Assembly (NCBI GenBank): GCA_903844055.1
Contig: CAIMSF010000171.1
Location: forward strand, 1-55,485
Source: an uncultured bacterium
GTDB lineage: Bacteria > Bacillota_I > Bacilli_A > Izemoplasmatales > Hujiaoplasmataceae
Direction: 5' to 3'
DNA length: 55,485 bases
Positions 43,681-53,431 of the stretch are shown one piece after another (within the stretch, counting starts at the first letter, position 1; every line of letters begins with the position of its first letter). Below the pieces are notes generated by a model that was not told where the DNA came from, searched no databases, and saw only the letters and a list, made by a program, of their open reading frames with translations. A program made the position numbers and the translations under genes.

Positions 43681-44871
43681 TCAGGCGTGGATCAGGCGGA
43701 CCGTATCGCGGGCGATCATGACTTCCTCGTTCGTCGGGACGATCCAGACCTGGATCTTCGAATCGGGGGTCGAAATCAGCCGTTCGACGCCGCGGCAGTT
43801 GTTCGCCGTTTCGTCGATCTTGATCCCGAGGGCGGCGAGCCGGGCGCAGATGAGCGAGCGGGTCGCGGGGGCATTCTCGCCGATGCCGGCGGTGAAGACG
43901 ATCGCGTCGGCGCCGCCGACGTAGCAGTGATAGCTCGCGACATAGTCGGCGATCCGCTTCGCCTGGACGTCGAGGGCGAGTTTGGCGCGGGCGTTGCCGC
44001 GGTTGGCCGCATCCCACAGGTCGCGCGAGTCGGAGGAGACGCCGGAGACGCCGAGATAGCCGGACTGCTTGTTCAGGATGGCGGTGATCTCCTTGGCGGA
44101 CTTGCCCTTCTTGACCATCATGTATTCGATGACGGCGGGGTCGACGTTGCCGGAACGGGTGCCCATCGGGATGCCTTCGAGCGGGGTGAAGCCCATCGAG
44201 GTGTCGATCGAGACACCGCCCTTGACGGCGCAGATCGAAGCGCCGTTGCCGAGATGACAGACGACGACGTTGACGTCTTTGGGGGTCTTGCCCATGAGTT
44301 GGGCGACACGCTCGGAAACGTACTTGTGGGAGGTGCCGTGGAAGCCGTATTTACGGACCGCGTGGCGTTCGTACCAGTCGTAGGGGACGGCGTACATGTA
44401 GGCCTCTTCGGGCATGTGGGCATGGAACGCGGTGTCGAACACGGCGACCTGCTTCACGGTCGGGAGGATTTCCTTGAAGGCCTTGATGCCCGTGAGGTTC
44501 GGGATCAGATGGAGCGGGGCGAGGTCGACGAGTTCCTCGAGGATCGCGATCTCCTTGTCGGTGATCAGGACCGATTCGGTCAGGACGTCGGCGCCGTGGA
44601 CGACGCGGTGCCCGACGCCTTCGATCTCGTCGAAGGATCGGATGACGCCGAGTTCGATCAGCTTGTCGAGAACGAGCTTGGTGGCGACGGCGTGGTTGTC
44701 GATGTCGAACACCTGCTGGATCTTTTCGCCGTTCACCTTGATGGTGAAGACGGAGTCCTTCATCCCGATGCGTTCGACGATGCCTGTGGTGATCACCGTC
44801 TCCTCGGGCATGGCGATGAGTTGGAATTTGAGGGAAGAGCTGCCGGCGTTGACCGCCATGATTTTTGCCAT
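43681..44871 (-). CDS. ackA: Acetate kinase
   Basis: MAKIMAVNAGSSSLKFQL, GHRVVHG, YGFHGTSH, CHLGNGASI and FTAGIGEN. Confidence 0.97.
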   Translation of the reverse strand: MAKIMAVNAGSSSLKFQLIAMPEETVITTGIVERIGMKDSVFTIKVNGEKIQQVFDIDNHAVATKLVLDKLIELGVIRSFDEIEGVGHRVVHGADVLTESVLITDKEIAILEELVDLAPLHLIPNLTGIKAFKEILPTVKQVAVFDTAFHAHMPEEAYMYAVPYDWYERHAVRKYGFHGTSHKYVSERVAQLMGKTPKDVNVVVCHLGNGASICAVKGGVSIDTSMGFTPLEGIPMGTRSGNVDPAVIEYMMVKKGKSAKEITAILNKQSGYLGVSGVSSDSRDLWDAANRGNARAKLALDVQAKRIADYVASYHCYVGGADAIVFTAGIGENAPATRSLICARLAALGIKIDETANNCRGVERLISTPDSKIQVWIVPTNEEVMIARDTVRLIHA

Positions 44872-44899
44872 TTTTTCGTTCTCCTATGTTTTCTATCAA

Positions 44900-45838
44900 T
44901 CAGCGAAGATTGTCGGTAAACCAGACGTTGATGCCCTGGATCGCCCGGGATGCGGCCTCGGCGTCCTCGAAGGACGGGATGTCGGCGAGCAGGACCTTGG
45001 CGGGCGCCTTGGCGCCGCCGCGCGCGTTTTGCATGACGAGGATGCTCTTGCCCGTTCCCTTGAACATCGAGTCGGGCAGCTTGATCAATCCGACGACGTT
45101 CCAGGCGCCGTGGATCACGGAGCGGAAGGCGTCCGCGCCGGGAATCGTGAAGAAGTCGTTTTCGACGAGGCCGACGAACCAGCCGTCGTCCTTCAAATTC
45201 GCGCGGTGATGCTTGATCACCTCGTAGGGGAAGTAGGCGCCGTCGTCGACGATCCGCGACGGCGGAAAGTCGGTGAGGAGGACGTCCGCGGCGACGCCGA
45301 CGAAGGTCAGCGTGTCCTGGCAGTAGACGTCGTCGCCCGCGTCGGTCATGGAAAACATCGCTTCGGCGAGCTTGTAGGCGGCGAGGTCGATCTCGACGCC
45401 GTAGAGTTTGGTTTCACGGTCGAGGTTGTTCGCGACGGCGACGAGCAGGTTGCCGGTGCCGACGAGCGGATCGAAGAGCACGAGCGGACCGTTCGCCGGG
45501 AAGAGCTTTCCGATCAGGTAGGCCGCGAAGATGCCGATGGTGTCGGGCGTCATGTCGGAGTTCGGACGGCGGACGTGCTTGAACCCCTTGAGAATGCACA
45601 GTTGGAGCGCCTTGCGGACCTCTTCCTTCTGGAACTCGATCCGTTTCACCGGGCGGAGCTTGGCGGCCGCCTTGCGGCGGTACCCTTCCGGCATCTCCGG
45701 ACCGACGCTGCCGGCGTGGATCGAGGCGCACGCTTCGACGATGCCTTGGAGGTACGGCGTCTTGATGCTCTCGTAGAGCAGCCCGGCATATCCGTCCACC
45801 GCATCATAAATGATCTCGATGTTCTCTTTGTTCAACAT
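44900..45838 (-). CDS. ytxK: Class-I SAM-dependent methyltransferase, YtxK-like (N6-adenine MTase fold)
   Basis: Motif I LFDPLVGTGNLL and motif IV-like LLTDFPPS. It sits immediately upstream of ackA, as ytxK does in Bacillus subtilis. Confidence 0.7.
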   Translation of the reverse strand: MLNKENIEIIYDAVDGYAGLLYESIKTPYLQGIVEACASIHAGSVGPEMPEGYRRKAAAKLRPVKRIEFQKEEVRKALQLCILKGFKHVRRPNSDMTPDTIGIFAAYLIGKLFPANGPLVLFDPLVGTGNLLVAVANNLDRETKLYGVEIDLAAYKLAEAMFSMTDAGDDVYCQDTLTFVGVAADVLLTDFPPSRIVDDGAYFPYEVIKHHRANLKDDGWFVGLVENDFFTIPGADAFRSVIHGAWNVVGLIKLPDSMFKGTGKSILVMQNARGGAKAPAKVLLADIPSFEDAEAASRAIQGINVWFTDNLR

Positions 45839-45950
45839 AAATTCACCTTCATTATTGTATCATACCGGCGCGTGATTCACAAGCACGGACGCGATCGTCG
45901 ACCTTGTCGCAAAATGACGCGTTCGTGGTACAATGGAAGCGGTGATCCCC

Positions 45951-46217
45951 ATGCGAAAGTTCATGATCAAGCTCATCCGCAGGTATCAGACGGCGTTCGC
46001 CGGAAGACCGGCGCGCTGCCGCTACCATCCAACTTGCTCGAACTACGCGATCGAAGCGTATGAAAACTACAACTTCTTCTACGCCACGATCCTCACGGTC
46101 TGGCGGATTTTGCGATGCAATCCGCTGTTTCGCGGCGGGTATGACCCGATCCCGAAATACAAGAAGATCCTGAAGGCCGAACTGAAGGCCGAGAAGGAAC
46201 ATCGCGACGCCCGTTGA
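45951..46217 (+). CDS. yidD: Membrane protein insertion efficiency factor YidD
   Basis: MRKFMIKLIRRYQ...CRYHPTCSNYAIEAYE...WRILRCNPLFRGGYDPIP. Start at ATG 45951, after GGTGATCCCC. Confidence 0.9.
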   Translation: MRKFMIKLIRRYQTAFAGRPARCRYHPTCSNYAIEAYENYNFFYATILTVWRILRCNPLFRGGYDPIPKYKKILKAELKAEKEHRDAR

Positions 46218-46221
46218 GGCG

Positions 46222-47574
46222 TCATTTTTTTTCGGCCGGAGCGGGTTCGGGGTGATGGTCGTCGTGCTCGTCGGGGTGGCCGTTGAAATACATCAGCTTC
46301 GGATCGATCTCGTTTGCGTCCGCCAATGCCTTGCGGGAGAAGAACGGACCGACGAACTGGTAGAGGATGCCGGCGATCAGGACGACCATGAAGAGCGTCC
46401 CGCGCCATTCCTCGGGAAGCGATTCCTCATGGAGCAACACCTGCGCCATGCCGATCGAGACGGTGGCCTGCGGGAGCAGCGCGCGGACCAGGAACTTGAT
46501 CACCTTGTGGTCGGTTTCCTTGATCTTCGCGCCGATGAAGATGCCGATCTGCTTGCCGGCGACGCGGACGACCGCGTAGGCGAGCGCGAAGATCGCGATC
46601 AGCCACCAGGCCGCCTCGACGTCTTGCATCTCCATCACGAACTGGACGCCGATCAAGGCGAAGAAGACGAGGATGAAGGGCGGCGTGAAGGCGTCCACCG
46701 CCTCGTCGTTTTCCTTGCGGAGGTCCTTCGGGATGAAGTTCGTGAAGAAGATTCCCATGAACATCGGGGTGAGGATCGGCGAGAGGATGAACCGCACTTC
46801 GCCGAACTGCCAGCCGTGCAGCGCGAGCGCCGCGGTCAACAGCACGGCGGCGACGGTTTCGGTGAGGAAGGTCTGCATGTATTCGGGGTCGCGCCGTTTC
46901 GCGAGCTTGATGAAGAATGCGAGCAGGATGCCGATGACGGCGCCGACGACGATCGATCCGAGGATTTCGAGGAGCGGCTCGGCGATCGCGACTTCGGGGT
47001 TCGGGGATCCCCCCGCGGCCGCGGCGCCGGCGATCGCGAGCGCGACCGAGAAGAGGATGACGCCGACGATGTCGTCCATCCCGATGTGCGGCATGATCGC
47101 GTTCGTCAGATGCCCTTTCGTCTTGTACTTGCGGGAGAGGACCATGATCGTCTCGGGGGACGTCGCGGTGGCGATGACGCCGACGACGAGGGCCATGTAC
47201 CACGGGGCGCCGAACAGGATGAAGAGCAACGTCACGAGGCCGATCGTGAAGATCGCCTGCATGACGACGATGACGGCGACTTCCGAGAAATTGGCTTTGA
47301 GCGATTTGCGGTGCAGCCGGGTGCCGAGTTCGAAGGCGATGAAGGCGATCGCGACGTTCGACAGGATCGACAGCCCGCCATAGACGGATTCGCCCCGCGA
47401 CAGCAAAAGCCAGCCGCCGACGGCCAGTCCGGAGACGAAATACCCGGTGATCGACGGCAGCCGGACGGTCTCGGCGAGACGTCCGAGGATCGCGCCGACG
47501 GCGATGATGATCGCCAGGACGGCGAGGGCGCTGAAAAAGGATTCGTTGACGATGGAAAGAAACGGTGTGGGCAT
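46222..47574 (-). CDS. Cation:proton antiporter (Na+/H+ exchanger family, CPA-type)
   Basis: About 12-13 TM segments with Na_H_exchanger-like organisation. Start set at ATG 47574, after AGGAGG. The ATG at 47607 overlaps a TATAAT box. Confidence 0.7.
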   Translation of the reverse strand: MPTPFLSIVNESFFSALAVLAIIIAVGAILGRLAETVRLPSITGYFVSGLAVGGWLLLSRGESVYGGLSILSNVAIAFIAFELGTRLHRKSLKANFSEVAVIVVMQAIFTIGLVTLLFILFGAPWYMALVVGVIATATSPETIMVLSRKYKTKGHLTNAIMPHIGMDDIVGVILFSVALAIAGAAAAGGSPNPEVAIAEPLLEILGSIVVGAVIGILLAFFIKLAKRRDPEYMQTFLTETVAAVLLTAALALHGWQFGEVRFILSPILTPMFMGIFFTNFIPKDLRKENDEAVDAFTPPFILVFFALIGVQFVMEMQDVEAAWWLIAIFALAYAVVRVAGKQIGIFIGAKIKETDHKVIKFLVRALLPQATVSIGMAQVLLHEESLPEEWRGTLFMVVLIAGILYQFVGPFFSRKALADANEIDPKLMYFNGHPDEHDDHHPEPAPAEKK

Positions 47575-47678
47575 GGGATGTCCTCCTGCATGAAATGACG
47601 TACTCATTATACCTTATCCGGCCGGTTTTGAATCCGATAAACCACGGGATGCCGGCGCCGCTGGCGGACGCTCCCCCG

Positions 47679-47712
47679 AAAAAAGGCACCGGCGCGCCGC
47701 CGATGCCTTTTT
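47679..47712 (-). terminator. Intrinsic terminator of the tRNA operon
   Basis: Minus strand reads AAGGCATCGGC-ggcgc-GCCGGTGCCTT followed by TTTTTT. Confidence 0.75.
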
Positions 47713-47734
47713 CGATATCGTGATCGACTGAAGA

Positions 47735-47819
<85 letters not shown>

Positions 47820-47835
47820 GCCGAAATGAATTCGA

Positions 47836-47911
47836 TGGTGACCCGCAGGCGACTTGAACGCCTGACCCTTTGATTAAAAGTCAAATGCTCTACCGACTGA
47901 GCTAGCGGGTC
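47836..47911 (-). tRNA. tRNA-Lys (anticodon UUU), CCA encoded
   Basis: Minus strand reads GACCCGCTAGCTCAGTCGGTAGAGCATTTGACT-TTT-AATCAAAGGGTCAGGCGTTCAAGTCGCCTGCGGGTCACCA. Confidence 0.92.
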
Positions 47912-47914
47912 GTT

Positions 47915-47989
47915 TGGCTGGGCTAGCTAGAGTTGAACTAGCGGTCTCGGAGTCAAAGTCCGATGCCTTAACCACTTGGCTATAGCCCA
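47915..47989 (-). tRNA. tRNA-Gln (anticodon UUG), CCA encoded
   Basis: Minus strand reads TGGGCTATAGCCAAGTGGTTAAGGCATCGGACT-TTG-ACTCCGAGACCGCTAGTTCAACTCTAGCTAGCCCAGCCA. Confidence 0.9.
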
Positions 47990-48008
47990 ATTATAATGCG
48001 AAAACGAA

Positions 48009-48085
48009 TGGGGCGAATGATGGGAATCGAACCCACGCGTGTCGGAGCCACAATCCGATGCGTTAACCACTTCGCCACATCCGCC
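48009..48085 (-). tRNA. tRNA-His (anticodon GUG) with encoded G-1 and CCA
   Basis: Minus strand reads GGCGGATGTGGCGAAGTGGTTAACGCATCGGATT-GTG-GCTCCGACACGCGTGGGTTCGATTCCCATCATTCGCCCCA. Confidence 0.9.
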
Positions 48086-48111
48086 ATGTCCATTCGTTTT
48101 TCGCACCTATA

Positions 48112-48140
48112 AGTCTACTAAATCGGTCGTCGATTGTCAA
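48112..48140 (-). promoter_or_regulatory. Sigma-A-type promoter of the tRNA operon
   Basis: Minus strand reads TTGACA (48140-48135), 17 nt, TAGACT (48117-48112), about 25 nt upstream of tRNA-His. Confidence 0.55.
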
Positions 48141-48173
48141 GCATTATTTCCCAAACGGAACCGCTTTAAAGAT

Positions 48174-48208
48174 GGAAAAGGGGGCCGCGCCGGATTGCGC
48201 GGACCCCC
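48174..48208 (-). terminator. Intrinsic terminator of degV
   Basis: Minus strand reads GGGGGTCCGCGC-aatccg-GCGCGGCCCCC followed by TTTTCC. Confidence 0.65.
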
Positions 48209-48223
48209 GATGATTGCGTTCGC

Positions 48224-49072
48224 TCATTCGCCCGTCATGGCGATCCCGAACCCCTCGTCGCCGAGGTGGATGTAGAACACCGGCGAGAGCGTCTTGGTCA
48301 GGTGGACCAAGACGTCGGGAAACTCGCGCCGGATCTGTTCGGTCAGCTTCGCGCCCCATTCGTCGCGGTTGATCGCGATGACGTCGACGGAGACGTTCCG
48401 GTGGTTTGCGCGATAGGCGCGGACGGCGTCCATGAAGTATTCGTAGCAGGCGAGGTTGGTCCGCTCCTTCTTGGTCAGCTGGAGCTTCCCGTCGATCATT
48501 TCGATGATCGGCTTGATGTGCAGGACGGTGCCGAGGAGCGCGCTCACCTTGTTCAGGCGGCCGCCGCGGAAGAGGTTCATCAGGTTCGAGAGGGTGAACA
48601 TCACCTTCGCGTCGTAAAAGAGCGATTTGCACCGGCCGAGGACTCGGTCGAACGGGTGGCCGGCCTCGATGTCGGCGATGAGGCTCATCACGCCGTTGGT
48701 GACGCCGTAGGAGGCGACCGCGGTCGGATAGATCTCGACTTCCAGCGGAACGTCGAGCATCCCCTTGGCGATCACGGCCGACTGGGCGGTCCCGGAGATC
48801 TTGTCGGAGATCAGGACGACGAGGACGTGGGTATATCCCTCGCGGTGGTATTCCTCGTAAAGCCGGAGGAATTCTCCCGGCGCGGGCTGGGAGGTCGTCA
48901 TCTTCTTGGCGGTATGGAGATGTCCCATCATCTGTTCTTCGGTGAGGTCCGTCTCGCGGTGCTCGACGCCGTCGATCAGCACGTTGAGCGGCGCGACCTT
49001 GACGCACGGATGGGTCAGGATGTCGTTTCTGGTGAGGGTGGTGCTGTCGATCAGCAATCCGATGTTCGGCAT
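48224..49072 (-). CDS. degV: DegV-family fatty-acid-binding protein
   Basis: 282 aa. IGLLIDSTTL..., TSQPAPGEF, and the overall DegV/EDD-fold pattern. Confidence 0.85.
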   Translation of the reverse strand: MPNIGLLIDSTTLTRNDILTHPCVKVAPLNVLIDGVEHRETDLTEEQMMGHLHTAKKMTTSQPAPGEFLRLYEEYHREGYTHVLVVLISDKISGTAQSAVIAKGMLDVPLEVEIYPTAVASYGVTNGVMSLIADIEAGHPFDRVLGRCKSLFYDAKVMFTLSNLMNLFRGGRLNKVSALLGTVLHIKPIIEMIDGKLQLTKKERTNLACYEYFMDAVRAYRANHRNVSVDVIAINRDEWGAKLTEQIRREFPDVLVHLTKTLSPVFYIHLGDEGFGIAMTGE

Positions 49073-49194
49073 GTCCGAATCCTCTTTTCGTCTATCGTCG
49101 GGCGCGCGCCGGCGGCGGCGCCCAGTACTATGTCACACATAATACTCTACCAAATCACGGTGACCCCTGTCAAGGAAGGGAATGTGGTGTTTTT

Positions 49195-49225
49195 GTAAAA
49201 AAACGGCCGCGCGGAGGCGGCCGTT
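49195..49225 (-). terminator. Intrinsic terminator of the EF-G2-like gene
   Basis: Minus strand reads AACGGCCGC-ctccgc-GCGGCCGTT followed by TTTTTTT. Confidence 0.75.
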
Positions 49226-49227
49226 CG

Positions 49228-51300
49228 TCAGGCTTGGACTTTCTTGTGTTCTTCGATGATCTTGGCGATCAGGTTGCCCGGGACTTCCTCGTAGCGGAGG
49301 AACTCGCGGGTGAAGGTGCCGGAGCCCTGGGTCATGGCCTTGAGGTCGATCGTGTATTTCACGATCTCGACTTCGGGGACCTCGGCGACGACCTTCTGAT
49401 AGCCCTGTTCCGCCGGCTCCATGCCGAGGACGCGGCCGCGGCGCTTGTTCACGTCGCCGAGCACGTCGCCCAGGTATTCGTCCTTGATCGTGACGACGAT
49501 CCGATGGATCGGTTCGAGGATCGTCGGCTTGGCCTTCGCGCAGGCTTCCTTGAAGGCGAGCGAGGCGGCCATCTTGAAGGCGAGTTCGTTACTGTCGACG
49601 GGATGGTACTTGCCGTCGAACAGGACGCCCTTGATGTTGATGACGGGGAATCCGGCGAGCGGACCGTGTTCGAGGGTTTCCTGGAGACCCTTGTCGACGG
49701 CCGGGAAGTAGTTGCGCGGAACGACGCCGCCGAACACTTCTTCGGCGAATTCGTAATCCTTGTCGGGCAGCGGTTCGAAACGCATGACGACGACGCCGTA
49801 GTAGCCGGATCCGCCGGACTGCTTGACGTAGCGGCCTTCGGCGGTCGCGGTCTGCTTGATCGTTTCACGGTAGACGACCTGCTGGTCCTCGGTTTCGACG
49901 TCGACCTTGTATGCGTTCTTCATCTTGTCGATGATGTAGCCGATGTGGATCGAGCCCTGTCCGCCGATGAGCAGCTGGGAGGTCTCCTTGTTGCGCTTGA
50001 TCTCGAAGGTGCCGTCCTCGAGGACGATCTTGGAAAGGGCGTTGCCGAGCTTGTCTTCATCGGCCTTGTTCTTCGGCTTGATCGCGACGTACATCGTCGG
50101 GCTCGGCGTGATCGTCTTGGCGTAGACGATCGGGGCCTTCTTGTCGGAGATGGTCGTATCGGTCGTGACCTTGGCCATCTTCGTGACGGCGCAGATGTCG
50201 CCGGCGTGGCAGACTTCGAGCGGGATCTGGGTCTTGCCGACGACCGTGAACAGGGGGCCGGCCTTCTCGACTTCGTTGGAATGCGAGACGAAGACTTCCT
50301 GGTCTTTCTTGATCGTGCCGGACTTGACCTGGATCAGGTTGATGACGCCGACGAACGGGTCGACGAGGGTCTTGAAGGCGTACGCGGAAAACGGTTCGTC
50401 GTCGGCGCACTTGCGGGTGACGACTTCCTCGCTGCCCGGCTTGAGGCCTTGGGAGGGAGCCGCTTCGGAAGCCGACGGGAAGTATTCGCGGATCATGTGC
50501 AACAGCGTGAGCGGACCGATGTTCTTGGTCGCGGAGCCGACCATGACGGGGACCGCTTCGCCCGACGAAACGGACAGCCGGAGGCCGTGCTTGATCTCGT
50601 CGATCGTCAGTTCCTCGCCGGCGAAATATTTCTCGAGGAGGGTTTCGTCGGCGCCGGCGACGTTTTCGACGAGTTCCTGGCGGAGCGCCTGGACCTTGAC
50701 GAGCTTGTCGGGATAGATGTCGCCGTCGACGCAGGCGATGCCGTCATAGATGCGCGCCTTCAGCTCGACGATGTCGGCGAATCCGTTGAAATCGTTCTGC
50801 TTGCCGATCGGCAGGCAGAACGGGACGGCCTGTTTGCCGAGCCGGGTCTTGATCAGGTTCAGGACTTCGTCGAACTTGACGTTCTCCTTGTCCATCTTGT
50901 TGACATAGACGATCGCGGGCAGATTGTGCTTGCGGATCTCCATCCACATCTTCTCCGCGCCGACTTCGACGCCTTTGGTCGCGTCGAGGACGAGCACCGC
51001 GCCGTTCGCCACGCGCAGGGCATGGCCGATGTCGCCGATGAATTCGTCGGCGCCGGGGCAGTCGAGGAAATTGATTTTGGTGTTCTTGAACTCGACCGGG
51101 ACGATCGCGGTCGAGAGCGAAGAGAGGCGGGCCTGCTCTTCGGGGGTATAGTCGGAGACGGTGTTCTTCTTCTCGACCTCACCCTTCTTGTCAATGCCTC
51201 CGGCGGTATAGATGAGGGACTCCGCCAACGAGGTTTTTCCGGATCCGAGGTGGCCCAGAATGATGACGTTCTTGATGTTCGAAGCGAGGTATTCTTTCAT
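49228..51300 (-). CDS. Elongation factor G paralogue (EF-G2-like translational GTPase)
   Basis: 690 aa with the five-domain EF-G architecture. The G1 motif is GHLGSGKTS rather than the canonical AHIDAGKTT. DCPG (G3), NKMD (G4), and TVSDYTPEEQ as in Thermus EF-G-2-type proteins. Confidence 0.8.
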   Translation of the reverse strand: MKEYLASNIKNVIILGHLGSGKTSLAESLIYTAGGIDKKGEVEKKNTVSDYTPEEQARLSSLSTAIVPVEFKNTKINFLDCPGADEFIGDIGHALRVANGAVLVLDATKGVEVGAEKMWMEIRKHNLPAIVYVNKMDKENVKFDEVLNLIKTRLGKQAVPFCLPIGKQNDFNGFADIVELKARIYDGIACVDGDIYPDKLVKVQALRQELVENVAGADETLLEKYFAGEELTIDEIKHGLRLSVSSGEAVPVMVGSATKNIGPLTLLHMIREYFPSASEAAPSQGLKPGSEEVVTRKCADDEPFSAYAFKTLVDPFVGVINLIQVKSGTIKKDQEVFVSHSNEVEKAGPLFTVVGKTQIPLEVCHAGDICAVTKMAKVTTDTTISDKKAPIVYAKTITPSPTMYVAIKPKNKADEDKLGNALSKIVLEDGTFEIKRNKETSQLLIGGQGSIHIGYIIDKMKNAYKVDVETEDQQVVYRETIKQTATAEGRYVKQSGGSGYYGVVVMRFEPLPDKDYEFAEEVFGGVVPRNYFPAVDKGLQETLEHGPLAGFPVINIKGVLFDGKYHPVDSNELAFKMAASLAFKEACAKAKPTILEPIHRIVVTIKDEYLGDVLGDVNKRRGRVLGMEPAEQGYQKVVAEVPEVEIVKYTIDLKAMTQGSGTFTREFLRYEEVPGNLIAKIIEEHKKVQA

Positions 51301-51411
51301 GCGCGGTTCAGGCTCCTTCCGTAAAACGCTTTCAGTCTAGACTATTATATCATATCTGTTCTGAAAAGAAAGAATCCATTGAGAACTATTTCATGGAGGG
51401 AAAACCGCGGC

Positions 51412-53427
51412 TCATCCTTGCGGATCGGCCACGGTTTTGATCTGCGAGCGGTAGATGTTGGCGTAGACGCCGTTCTTTGCGAGGAGTTCCTTGTGGCGGC
51501 CTTCCTCGACCTTCACGCCGTTCTCGAGAACGACGATGCGGTCGGCGTTCTTGATCGTCGAGAGCCGGTGGGCGATGACGATCATGGTCCGTCCCTTCGC
51601 GACCGTCTCGAGCGCGTGCTGGATCATCTCTTCGGTCTCGGTGTCGATGTTGGCGGTCGCCTCGTCCATCACGAGGATCGCCGGATCGTGCACCACGGCG
51701 CGGGCGAACGAGATGATCTGCTTCTCGCCGACGGAGAAGTTCCCGCCGCCGCGGGCGACCATCGTCCTGATGCCGTCGGGCAGCTTGTCGAGGATCCGCT
51801 TCCCGCCGATCCGGACGAGCACGTCCTCGACGTCCTGGTCGGAGAGGCCCTCGACGCCGAAGCGGATGTTGTCGGACAGCGTCCCCTTGAAGAGGACGGG
51901 GTCCTGGAGGACGATCCCGACGTGCTTGCGGTAGGAGCGCTTGGAATGCGTGGCGATGTCCTCGCCGTCGATCTTGATCGTGCCCATGTCGCAGGGCTTG
52001 AAATCGTAGAAACGGAGGAGCAGGCTCATCAGCGACGACTTGCCGGATCCGGTGTGGCCGACGAGTCCGACCATCTCGCCCGGCTTCACGTGCAGGTCGA
52101 TGCCTTTCAGGACGGGGTGGCCTTCCTTGTAGGAGAACCAGACGTTCTCGAAGACGATGTCGCCCTTGAAGCGGGGAATCGCCTCGAAGGTTCCGTCCTC
52201 CTGCTCGCCGTCGATGATCCGGAAGATGCGGTCGGTCTTGACGATCGCGTGCTGGAGGTTGCCGATTTCGCGGAAGAGCGTGCCGACCGGCTCGATCAGG
52301 CGGCCGAGATAGTCGTTGTAGGCGTAGACGACGCCGGCGGTGACGACGAAACCGGCGATCGTCAGATAGCCGTTGCCGAAATAGAACACGATCGCCGCGG
52401 TGACGAGCGCGCCGACGAGGCGGATCATGTTCCAGCCGATCGACAGGTGGAGGCGCTGCTCCTTCATCTTTTCGTTCATGAAGTCGAGCGACAGTTCGTC
52501 GAAGTCCTTGGTGGTCTGCGGCTGGAAGTTGAAGATCTGGAGGATCGAGATGCCGTTGATGATCTCGTTCAGCCGGGCGGTGATCATCGAGGATTGTTCA
52601 TTCACCTTGACCGCGATCGTGTTGAGCCGCTTCACGAAGAACCGGAGCCAGACGTAGACGAGTGGGAAGACGACGAACGTGATGAGGGCGAGCGTGGCGT
52701 CGAGATAGAACATGCCGATGTAGGCGAAGACGACCGACAGGGTCGCGTTCACGAGCAGGTTCATGATCGTCGAGAACAGGTTCATCATGCCGCCGACGTC
52801 CGAGATGACGCGGTTGGCGATCTTGCCCGCCGGTTCGGTCTCGAAGTATTCCATCGGCATCCGCTGCAGGCACGCGATCGCGTCCTTGCGGGCGTCGCGC
52901 ACCATGTTCACGTTGATCATCATGGTCGTGATGCGCTGGAGGTAGGTGAAGAGGATCTGCAGGATGAAGCGGATCAACAGGAGGATCAGGAAGATGACGA
53001 GCGGCCGGACGAACGGGCCGTAGAATGCGATCACCTCGTCGCGGGATAGCTTGACCGCCGAGAACGAATACTGTTCGTCCTGCGGGGTGACGACCGTCAG
53101 GGTGTTCCCCTCGACATGCTTGTTGCCGGTCGGGACGGCGTCTTCGACGAAGTAGAAGCCGCCCTGGTAGAGGACGACCGAGACGCGGTCGCCGCCGACG
53201 TCTTCCTGGGTGTAGTATTTTCCTTGATAAAGGACGACTTTGTCGCCGTCCGCATCCGAAAGGTACCATGGATCCTCGATGCCGACGAGGTAGTCGTCGA
53301 GGATCGCCTTCACGAGCAACGGCGAGGCGAGTCCGAGGGCTTGGACGACGAGCATCGCGAGGAAGGTGATGACGAGCAGTTTCTTGTATTTGGCGATGTA
53401 GCGCCAGACTTTTTTCATGGCTTTCAT
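51412..53427 (-). CDS. ABC exporter half-transporter (TMD-NBD) with an enlarged first extracellular loop
   Basis: Six TM segments plus an NBD with GHTGSGKSS, FSVGEKQIISFARA and ILVMDEATANID. An ~85-aa insertion lies between TM1 and TM2. Confidence 0.88.
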   Translation of the reverse strand: MKAMKKVWRYIAKYKKLLVITFLAMLVVQALGLASPLLVKAILDDYLVGIEDPWYLSDADGDKVVLYQGKYYTQEDVGGDRVSVVLYQGGFYFVEDAVPTGNKHVEGNTLTVVTPQDEQYSFSAVKLSRDEVIAFYGPFVRPLVIFLILLLIRFILQILFTYLQRITTMMINVNMVRDARKDAIACLQRMPMEYFETEPAGKIANRVISDVGGMMNLFSTIMNLLVNATLSVVFAYIGMFYLDATLALITFVVFPLVYVWLRFFVKRLNTIAVKVNEQSSMITARLNEIINGISILQIFNFQPQTTKDFDELSLDFMNEKMKEQRLHLSIGWNMIRLVGALVTAAIVFYFGNGYLTIAGFVVTAGVVYAYNDYLGRLIEPVGTLFREIGNLQHAIVKTDRIFRIIDGEQEDGTFEAIPRFKGDIVFENVWFSYKEGHPVLKGIDLHVKPGEMVGLVGHTGSGKSSLMSLLLRFYDFKPCDMGTIKIDGEDIATHSKRSYRKHVGIVLQDPVLFKGTLSDNIRFGVEGLSDQDVEDVLVRIGGKRILDKLPDGIRTMVARGGGNFSVGEKQIISFARAVVHDPAILVMDEATANIDTETEEMIQHALETVAKGRTMIVIAHRLSTIKNADRIVVLENGVKVEEGRHKELLAKNGVYANIYRSQIKTVADPQG

Positions 53428-53431
53428 CGTC

